A stretch of DNA of 64,000 nucleotides from Euprymna scolopes (taxonomy: Eukaryota). This document shows, one piece after another, positions 54,728 through 64,000 of this stretch. Within the stretch, counting starts at the first letter, position 1. Every line of letters starts with the position of its first letter. A program made the position numbers and the translations under genes. A model generated the notes under the pieces. It was not told the DNA's origin and did not search any database. It saw nothing but the letters and a program-made list of their open reading frames with translations. The stretch lies in NCBI GenBank assembly GCA_053919585.1, contig CM132818.1; one strand, given 5' to 3'.

Positions 54728-55059
54728 AACAAACATCAATAACATTGAACATATACTTTTCTCTCTTAACAAGGGGGTCAACACTTGGGGTTAATACCAC
54801 CAGCAAAATTCAGAGAAAAAATACAAAAATCTTCTTTTGAAAAAACGGTCTTATAGCGAAAGTCTCAGAAAAAAGGTTTCATTCATTTAATAAAAAAGTA
54901 TGTAACAATTTTTGATTTTCTCAAATTTTAAAATTATTTAAATGTTTAAACTTTTTAAAATACAATCTGCACTGAGGTATTCTTTGCTTAATTTCGTTTA
55001 TGAAACGATGAAAATTTATTTTAAAAAAAGTAATTTTTTTATCTTTGTTTCAATATATT

Positions 55060-55160
55060 TACCATATATACTTGTGTATAAGTCGATCTTGTGTATAAGT
55101 TGATGTACATTTTAAGATAAAAAATTGTGTTATTTTAAGTATTAGGTGTGTATGAGTCGA
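55060..55160 (+). mobile_element. Tc2/pogo-like terminal fragment
   Basis: TA-CCATATATACTTGTGTATAAGTCGA is a CpG-decayed form of the TACCGTATATACTCGTGTATAAG-type terminus, with repeated GTGTATAAGT subunits; no partner TIR seen. Confidence 0.4.
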
Positions 55161-57399
55161 TTGTAGATTCTAAATTTTTCACTCAAGATGAAAATGTAGG
55201 AAGGTCATCTTCAGCAGATTTGAAAGGATAACTAGATACACATTGTATTGATGACTGGTGTCTTCATTAACGTGACATTAAATGTGACACATTAAATAAT
55301 TTTCAAAATTCAAATGGAAATAATAAAAAAAATTGAAAAGTGGTTATCTGTTCCTGTTTTAGAGTTTCAAAGAATAAGCACAACATGCTGAAGAACATAG
55401 AACAGTTTATGAAATAAAACGAGCATGTCAAGAATGGTGGAGAATAAAATTCTGATGAAAAAGGTTTGGAGTAAATAAGGTTTGGGGAATAAAGTAAATT
55501 TAAAATATTCAGATGTTGATATAAAAAAATGTTTTGGTTTAGGTTCTTCTTTTAATGGCTATATCACAAAATGATACGTTTTTTGAAAGCATTTATCTAT
55601 GTTCATCCCAGAAAAAGGGGTTTGATTCCAATTTTTTTAGATTGTTGCCTTTTCTCAGATCCTCTTTAGGCACCCATGTTCAGCAGGTGCCACAATCTTG
55701 GTACAAATTTAGGTGGAATAACGGCTTGTGTTCAATGAAATGTTTTCAATGAATTTCATACAATAAGTATTTTGGAATGAAATAACCTAAAAGGTTGACA
55801 TACCATAAAACAAATTAAACCAATGAATGAATTGCTAAAATAAACTGTATTTCAGCATTAAATAAAACATTTGATATTTATAAAATTTTCTTAAAATCTT
55901 TTGCAAGTTTTTCTCTCGTGTCAGACATTGCCTTTTCCTCCTCTCAAAGTGGCCTTTTTAGAGGTTATAAGTCTGTCTTGATCTGGAAAATTCAGTTAAT
56001 TAATGTTTCTGGAAGTAAACTCTTGAAGAATCCACTTTTGGCATGTGTTTCATCACAAGTAGAAGCTGAAAAAAGATTGAAGAAAGGAGAGGAAATTGTC
56101 ATGACAACACGCTGGACTTATCATCAGCCATCTTGCATTTGTGGAGGTCAGCCATCTTTTTTTTTTTTTTTTTTTATTCCTGTCCAAAAACATCTTCAAC
56201 TAAATTTACCATTAAGAAATTCTGTTCTCTCTTTCAGTGAAACAGTTTATCTGTGGATGTCATATATGCGTATATGTATATATGCACGTGGGTTTATATG
56301 TATATGGATATCATGTGTATATATGCGCGTGGATTTATATGTATATTTATGTGTGTATATATTTGTGTGTGTGTGTATAGATGTAAACAATAATGAAGGG
56401 GTTTTAAACATTTGAATAAAATTCAAATTGGTAAAAAGCAACGAAATTCCTCACATGATTATTGCTTGGATATGTTCTTAAATAAATATGTGATTCTTTT
56501 TCTATTTAATCTGAATTTAAACATTAAGGACAAGCATCTAAATTTATTTTTTGTTTTTACAGGCACACATTTTATTTTAATATTATATGACAAATTATAC
56601 AAATCTTCTATATATATGTTTGTGGTTTATAGAATCAGTATGTATTTATTTAAATAAGTTTCAATAACGGTTAAATTTTCAAGAATCTAAAGATACTATT
56701 CAAATTTTCATTCGATTCCATCTAGGCAATTATCGGCTAGGTTCATAAAAATTTAGAACATAAAAAACGATATTCAGTTTTTTAATAGATTTTCTTCATG
56801 CATAAAGCAAAAATAAAAATAAACAATGAATACCTTGATAAAGAATTTATTTTTAAAAGGTTTAAATATTTAAAAAATAATTTACTATTTAAAATTTTTT
56901 TAATGTTTTTGGAAATAATTTGAATTCGTTTTTATTCATTAAAACGTATTTACTGGCTGTAAGAAACATAGTTTACACCACCCAAATTTTTTGTTTAGTA
57001 ACAACTCAGCTCTAACAGTTTTTTTTTTTTTACTTGATTTCATATTACGAATCTTATTTTTTACATTTCTTTCAAGGCAATAATTGTCAAACCTGACTAT
57101 ATTTGAAATAAAACCCTTTGACCAGCAATATATCTCCACATGGACAATATTCTCCAGTATGTGTGTGTGTGTAGTGTAATTTAGGAGAAATAATAAGAGT
57201 ACTGAATGACGTGTAAGAGCACAGAGTTTTTAATTTCAATTGACATCATACAATATCAGTAAAGAATCAAACTATTGAATAACGTTAAATTGAAATATAA
57301 AAATATAACTGTATAATATTGAAATAAGCACACACATATCAATGAGTAATAAAATGCTCTTTAAGCTTTGTTGGTTTGTTACACAAGTTTTTTTGTTGT

Positions 57400-57510
57400 T
57401 TTTTTTTTTACATGGTAGTCACCACTTATCAAGGTCTGGAAGCCACCTCAGGTACATTGATGATGGTTGGGATAGAACACACGCTTCTGTTCAGAATCCT
57501 GTTTGCTATT
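57400..57510 (-). mobile_element. tRNA-derived SINE fragment with CR1-like tail
   Basis: Minus-strand B-box-like GTGTTCTATCCC, then a tail (plus strand TCACCACTTATCAA....GGAAGCCAC) and poly(A); the tail resembles the LINE 3'UTR at 52909-52937. Confidence 0.5.
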
Positions 57511-58774
57511 TGCCAAAACTGGTGGGAACCAAGTTTAAAATATCATTTGCATCACTAAACACAAATGAACACGCCTTAAGAATGAAACCATTGTTTGTGT
57601 GCATTTTAAGCCTGCATTTGCTTTTTTTCTAGTGAATTCATAAAATTGCCATGTAAAAATAAATTTAAAAAAAATTAATTATTAGTGGAAAAGGAAAAAA
57701 TATGGACTTTTCTCAGATCCATGTTAGAAATCTAAAAATCCTAGAGTATTTGTTTAAATAAAAAAATATGTCCAAGAACACAGTTTTAATTTCAACCAAC
57801 AGAAAAGCCGCCTCTTCATTACAACATAATGTTTGTTTTCATTTTTTATTTTTTCAAAATTTTTATAAAACATTTTGATTTTTTAAATTCCTTTTTTTTT
57901 CTTTTTTTTTTTTTTTTCACTTAACCCAAAACACAGTATATTGCAGTTGAGATGTAAGCAACTACCATGAATTAGGAGCCCAATTTATAGATGTGGGGAA
58001 TTCTATGTAGGATATTGTGCAACAGGATTTTATTTTACAAAAATATTTTGATGTGGATTTTTCGTATTTTTTATTTCTAAAATTATGTTATGATAGCTGC
58101 AAGAATTAATTTTCTGTAGAAGCTATATATATATCTCAACATTTTCGTTTTACCTTCATTTGATTAGTTATATCATTATCTATCCATAGATAGAACCTTT
58201 ACGTTTATTCTGCAATTACATAATTGAAAAAATTCTTTTTCATTATATATATTCCAGCAAGGAGACCTGACGAGAATCTACTGTTGATTTTATAAAATTA
58301 TCTATAATTATGGCTTCACTTAAAGTTTAAAATATAAAAGTCATATATTATGATTCAGTTGTACTCTAAAAAGCATTCATTTCAAATGCACCCCGGTCTT
58401 ATCAAAGAACCTGCTGTTGATTTTATATGCCAGGCCTTTCTGCTTGTGCTGTGATAAAACTTCTCAATGCACTTGTAATGTTAGATTGTATAAATGTGTT
58501 AATTTTAGTCAAAATCGGAATTTTTTCTTTAATCAGATTTTTTTTGATTATCGATTTTCAACACTTATCAGATGCATTCCGATACAAAACCTAAATAATA
58601 GCATTCTCACACACATCAAGTACCTTGATGTGAAATTTAAAAAAAAATTGGCCCAGCCATACTTTCATATGGAACAAAGTTCCTTTTATATAATATTAAA
58701 AATATGTATATGTGTCACAGTGTTTTATATAAATTTGATTTTTTTGAAAGAAAAAGAAACATATGTTTGTTAAT

Positions 58775-59705
58775 AGTTGACATTATTGACTCAAAATTCA
58801 AAATGTATCCCTTACATGATCTTTTGTTGAAAACAGCCCAATTGAAGAAACCGTGCTGATCACCCACCTTGGCTTCTAGATGGTATCTGAATATGGAGCA
58901 CATGATTTTCAATGTCCTTCGAAAGACACCTGAACACCAGTTCATCCTGGCAATCAACTTGTCCTTGGTGTTGTTTTCAACTACACTCGACACATAGGTT
59001 TAAATCTGGCGAATAAGTGGGTGGGGTAGCTGTTCGGACATGACATTGTGGAAATTCTCAGACAGTTGCTTCTGGGTTTCTTGGAAGTTTGACACAGAGT
59101 TGAGTCTTCCGACGACTTAATATTGCTGTCTAAATTGAGTCTAAGTCTTTTTCAAAAGTGTCGGATGGCATAACTATGCTTTTGCTGGAAACTCAAAAAT
59201 TAGAGTTTGAGGAAATTTGGTCTTCATGATAAATGGAGGCCACCAATTGTTCAGTGCATTATGCAACTGGTTCCAGCAGAAGTTCTTTGAGAAGAATCTG
59301 AGCATCTCCAACCCAACTTGATGTTTGACCTTGTTGAGGAATTTATTGCCTTCCATAAGGTGGTTTTATTGGTGGTGAATAGTTGGCCATTGCAATTCTT
59401 GTATAAGGAGTAGCAAAGATCCTTCTTCTCTTTCCAATTTCCAACGGCTGAATCTTGATGCACCTTATTTTGCATTTTTTGAACGCATTTCATTTTGTGG
59501 CTGTAGAACACCTACTATCCACCACATTCACTTTCAGACTTCCAATTTTTTTAATCTGACGCAAGTCACCATGATGCTGGTCACTCTCTTCCAATACTTT
59601 TGTCATCATCTCAAGCTCCGAATAGTAAACTGAAATAGCTGTTTGTTGCACTTTACTTCTATTAAATACTTTGTGTGTTTTTGAAATAGAAGAATAAATT
59701 TTCAA
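58775..59705 (-). mobile_element. Decayed non-LTR retrotransposon ORF2 fragment (RTE-like)
   Basis: Chain of same-strand broken ORFs: YYSELE...HGDL (endonuclease-like) through LEAKVGDQHGF (RT Q.GF motif). Confidence 0.4.
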
Positions 59706-60784
59706 ATTTAATCTCAGACTCTGTGTGTGTGCATTTCCTGTTAATTTCTAGATAATTATGTCAAACAGTAGCAAACAAGGCTTCATGATATAAAAGTATG
59801 AGTTACAAGATAAAGTATTGATGATTTTTTTCTTCCTTCAGATGGATTTTGTCTTTGGATGGAGTAAAGAAAAACCTTGTACTTTCATAGATCAATAAAT
59901 TCTGGAGAAAAGAGAGACAGAAGCTACAAACAAAATCCTTCTTTGAATATCCAAATCAAGTTTCAAATAAAACTAACAAGAATGCATATTTTTAAGATAT
60001 ATCTATTCAGGTTTCATGTTTAACAATGAAAATGTTATTTCAACCTATGCATAACAGAATGGCAAGTAGATAGAGCCGCTTATGGAGATGTGTGAAGTTA
60101 TCAGAAAAATCGCTATTTTAAACGTGTGGCAGCCAGAACTTCTTCTATAAAATATTTGGATGCATCAAAAATAATCTCCATTCAACGTGTGTTTTTTAGT
60201 CACGTAATAGCTATTTTATATCTGTGACAGATGAACTAATGGATGGCGCCTCTTCTAAAGATTCATAAATATATCTAAAAATGTTAACCACAGTTATTTC
60301 TCTTTTTATTGAGTCACTTCTTATCTTCTTCCTAAATACTTTCTCTACAATGTTTTCTTTATTTTCTCTGGGCAAAAAAACAAGCCTTCACTGTTGTGCG
60401 TTTCATTTGACCAGACATTTACTTTAACTCATCTCCTGTTACAATGTATCTTTCTAATAAAAATACAAATTACCTCTTCCTCTTCGTTTTCATTATTATA
60501 AAAGGGAAACTGGCCAAAGGCCATATCCAATATCTAGTTTTGATTTTCACTTATTGTGAGAGTGAAGGAGTGGAAACAAAAACAACCTTTTTAGGTATTG
60601 TACGTTTCTGTGGCTCCAATGAATACAATGCTTCCACAGTCACAATTGATAGCAACAAAAATAGGTCGAATAAGCAGCATTTTTCTGAATTGCCTGATAC
60701 TAACAACTTCTTGGGCTTCATTAACATCTTTAATTGCATTAACTGCTTTGTTACTTCCTAATGGTGATTAGAAAGATCTTATGT

Positions 60785-60966
60785 TTGTTATCTGTCACTC
60801 TGTTATTCTGTCACTCTGTTATTCCATCACTCTGTTATTCCATCACTCTGTTATTCCGTCACTCTGTTATTATGTCACTTTTATTCTGTCACTTTGTTAT
60901 CGCGTCACTCTGTTATTCTGTCATTTTGTTATTCCGTCACTCTGTTATTCCATCACTGTTATTCTG
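60785..60966. repeat. 16-bp minisatellite (CACTCTGTTATTCYGT)n
   Basis: Direct read, ~11 copies. Confidence 0.93.
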
Positions 60967-62845
60967 GTGGTTGTATAATTTTTTCAAAATTAGTTCATTA
61001 ATTTTTCTCAAGGTTTTGCATGAAGTTATCTCTGCTAATCCAACTCGGTCAGTTTGTTTTTTTTGACAATTTCTCGCTTGACGATTTATCTATATAGATA
61101 CCATGTCACTATCGATAACATCACTGTTTTTATATTTTATATGTCCTTAAATTTGTTCAGTTTAAGTTATTTAAATTTTTATATTATTTTATTTCATTCA
61201 CTTGTAACGGTTTAAGAGTAAAGAATTCCTTAATATTTATTCTAATAATTTTATTACTTTTGTTATTTTATTCAGAAAAAAATTATCAAAAATTGTTTTG
61301 CCTGGTTTTCAGTTGATGTGCTCTCTAGCTACCCCCCCTCCTCTTGCCTGAGTACACGTCTATTTTAATCTAGTTAAGTGCATCTGTTCACCTGGTGATG
61401 GGCATTTAAGACCCTCAGTCAAGCAAGGAAGACGTGTTCAGGAAAGTGGACAGGGTGGGGCTGGAGTTGGGAGTTCAGGTAAAATGATAAAATTATTTTA
61501 GCATGGACACAAGAATGATGCCAATCTAAAGTTTAGTTAAAAATTCATAAGTTACTCAGTGGAATGAGTCCACCTGAAATGTGGATGTGACATAATTGTT
61601 TTGGCTTGGCACATTCATTTTCATTTATAGTAAAGGTCTTCGCACTGTTGTTGTCTAGCCTTGAAGAGGACTATGAGAAGTATCTTTGGCTATGAGTGAA
61701 GAGTTTCTCTGTTCTTTCCTTGGGGATGGGACATCTCTTATAAGCATCTGTTTATTGAGTCAGTTCATCAACAAAAGCTTGTCAGCTGTTACATGAATTT
61801 TAACCCTTTCCCCTCCTTTTCCTTTCTGCTGTTGGTTGATGGTGGTGAAGGTGATTAGTTAATCCCCACCCCACCCCACCCACACCCCCACTGTCGTGTT
61901 TTTAGGTCCCATTCTTGTCCAGTCCTGCTTTTGTAAAGCTGCCTGACTCATAGCACATTCCAACCACCCTCCAGCCAAGGCCTTTCCTTCTTTTTCATAA
62001 GGGATCCTTTCTGACCCCTTATTAATATAATAACTGCCCCCTTTTTGCAACTTCAGCTGCACTGCTCTCTTACCCCATTTTTTCCTCCTGGGAATTTTAT
62101 TTTTCACTTCTCCTGTTTGCTCTCCCACCACCTTTGATTTACTACTCCCACCTTGCCTTTTCTCACACTCAGTTCTTCTTTGCCCTACTTAGTAGCACTC
62201 CTCCTAATTGTTAATCTTTCTCTCCTGCAATCTCTTTTTCCTCTTTTTTAATTTCTTGATTCCCCTTTATATGGGGGGGGGGCTCGTTTTTTCTGTCTTT
62301 TTTTAACACTAGATTTAGTTAGGCCTTGCCAAATGACCTTGCTACCTCAACTGTTCTGCATTCTTAAGAATGAGAGAAATTCCAAGATTCTATCTTTATT
62401 GTACCAAAATATGCTGATAATGTTACATGCACAAAAAAAGGCACAATCAGAATTGAAAGGAACATTACCAGCAAACCTAACCCAGACTGATGATATGAAA
62501 ATAGACATCACTAAAGTAGAAGAATAAACCAGTTTGAGTCCTCCTCCTCCTCCTCCTCCTCCTCCTCCTCCTCCTATTACAACAGTAATGGACACATTTT
62601 GCTATCTTATAAGAATGACAAAATCTACTAGTCTACTTTTTTTTTGGTTAGTGAACTGCAATCTACTAGGATGTTTACTTTATATGGAAGATTTCAAAAG
62701 AAAAAAGTGTCTAGCATTAAGTGTTTGTTGAAGAAAACATTTATGTATCCAAACCATGACGATTAAGGATCACCTTGATCCAAATATATTGACATTAAAC
62801 TGAGGGATAAAGACTTTCAATATATATATATATATATATATATAT

Positions 62846-62950
62846 AGCATAATCACGTTGACTGATTCTTATCAGATCACTGAAGTTAAGCAATAACAAC
62901 TTAGTCATTACCAGATGGGTAACCATTTGCGAAGACCAAGCTCAGTATGT
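62846..62950 (+). pseudogene. 5S rRNA-derived sequence (pseudogene or SINE3-type head)
   Basis: CATAATCACGTTGA..CTGATTCTTATCAGATCACTGAAGTTAAGCAA...AGATGGGTAACC..TGCGAAGACC is collinear with metazoan 5S rRNA (CATACCACGTTGA..CCGGTTCTCGTCCGATCACCGAAGTTAAGCAA...GGATGGGTGACC..TGGGAATACC); many differences are CpG transitions. Confidence 0.88.
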
Positions 62951-63048
62951 GCTCTCCACTTATCTTGGCATTGTTTCTAGTTGTCCTGAATTTCTACTTA
63001 CCACTGGAATAAAACAGCTGGTATACAATCTGATTATTATACAAACAT

Positions 63049-63119
63049 TATTGGTTACATATGTGCATATATGTTTCAGTGGAATTCTAATTCAAGGAGA
63101 CCACTTCATCAGACCAATA
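63049..63119 (-). ncRNA. Type I hammerhead ribozyme, canonical
   Basis: Minus strand: UAUUGGU-CUGAUGA-AGUGG(18 nt)CCACU-GAA-ACAUAU(AUGCAC)AUAUGU-A|ACCAAUA. Stem I 7 bp, stem II 5 bp, stem III 6 bp, intact core, GUA cleavage triplet (cut between 63056 and 63055). Confidence 0.85.
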
Positions 63120-63130
63120 TCGCTCCTTTT

Positions 63131-63195
63131 TTGGTCTGATGAAGTGGTCTCCTTGAATTAGAATTCCACTGAAACATATGTACAAAGGTAACCAA
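63131..63195 (+). ncRNA. Type I hammerhead ribozyme, short stem III variant
   Basis: UUGGU-CUGAUGA(63136-63142)-AGUGG...CCACU-GAA-AC(AUAUGUACAAAG)GU-A|ACCAA. Stem I 5 bp, stem III only 2 bp; contains the palindrome ACAUAUGU. Confidence 0.65.
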
Positions 63196-63254
63196 TAATG
63201 TTTGTATAATAAGCATACTATATATATATATATATATATATATACTATATATAT

Positions 63255-63301
63255 ACTAGCAGTTTAGCCCGGCTTTGCTCAAGCCCTATGTACTGTTCAT
63301 A

Positions 63302-63344
<43 letters not shown>

Positions 63345-63451
63345 CTACTTCATTTACTCACATAAATTAATATACGAAAGTATAAATTTACACGTAAACT
63401 TTAAGTATTTACTTCAACAGTGCTCAATACGTAGGTAGAGCTAGTTAGTAA

Positions 63452-63502
<51 letters not shown>

Positions 63503-64000
63503 TGTTTGACACATGTCCAGGTAACCTACATCTAAAATTTCAAGTGTTTAGACCCAAAATTCGTAGAGGAGTTTGGTAGAATCTGCAAAGGTCAACTTTT
63601 CAACTTTGATCTCTTGGCACCAAAATTTTCGCCCCAAAAACTGATTAAAAAGCTTGTTGCATGTCTGAATACCCTTTTAAATGTTTAGCCCCAAAATTGG
63701 CTGAATAGTTTACTAGAGACCGCAAAGGTCATATCTTTTGAACTTTGACCCATTGGAGGCAAAATTTTCAGCCAACAACCGATTAAAAAGCTTGCCGTAT
63801 GTCTGAATACACTTTATATAAAATTTCAAATGCTTAGACCAAAAATTGGCTGAGTAATTTAGTAGAGATCACAGAGGGAAATTTTTTTAACTTTGATCCC
63901 TTAACATTTACTGTTTTGGGCTCAAATTGAATTAAAAAATTTGATCCATGTCCAAGTAACTTACATCTAAAATTTCAAATGTTATGACCGAAAATTGGCA
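63255..64000 (+). mobile_element. Helentron/DINE-like element with internal subrepeats, running off the window end
   Basis: Starts ACTAGCAGTTTAGCCCGGCTTTGCTC inside a TA tract; diverged subrepeats (AAAATTTCAA.TG.TTAGACC.AAAATT.G, AACTTTGA.C.C) across 63510-64000. Confidence 0.5.

Larger units (their letters stand above)
63034..63212. repeat. Long inverted repeat (25-bp + 49-bp perfect arms, 13-nt spacer)
   Basis: 63069-63117 is the exact reverse complement of 63131-63179, and 63034-63058 of 63188-63212. Confidence 0.98.

Noticed and set aside
55388-55415. Other CTGANGA...GAAA words (also ~58271, ~62488) as hammerheads
   Set aside because: No consistent stems I-III can be formed.
55918-56415. 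165-aa ORF
   Set aside because: It runs through poly-T and TG/TA low-complexity sequence and has no domain signal.
60444-60761. 105-aa ORF with weak hAT-transposase-like segment (GVETKTTFLGIV)
   Set aside because: The similarity is too short to support without a profile search.
62347-62731. Poly-Gly / poly-Pro ORFs
   Set aside because: Products of a (CCT)n microsatellite at ~62539-62574.
62846-62950. Functional 5S rRNA gene
   Set aside because: It has a deletion and many substitutions, no T-run terminator directly after it, and is not in a tandem array.

Overview
AT-rich, repeat-dense animal (eukaryotic) genomic DNA with one assembly gap. The repeat style is compatible with a mollusc or cephalopod, but this is inference only. 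No complete host protein-coding gene can be supported, and nearly all listed ORFs are repeat or low-complexity artefacts. Well-supported content: a young CR1-group LINE ORF2 (1-2283, minus), a ~9.6 kb 40-bp satellite with higher-order structure (10121-19687), several minisatellites, a decayed mariner, a Penelope-type RT fragment, a hAT MITE and a solo LTR (both with intact target-site duplications), a second CR1 3' end, SINE and Helentron-like pieces, and a CpG-retaining promoter-like domain (~24.3-33 kb). The most notable structure is at 62846-63212. Between two (TA)n tracts sits a 5S-rRNA-derived head followed by a near-perfect 179-bp foldback made of two back-to-back type I hammerhead ribozymes, one per strand; the minus-strand one is fully canonical. 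Other foldback elements with decayed hammerhead-like cores (41.4, 42.9, 51.3 kb) and the Penelope RT fragment suggest a Penelope-dependent, ribozyme-bearing non-autonomous element system.
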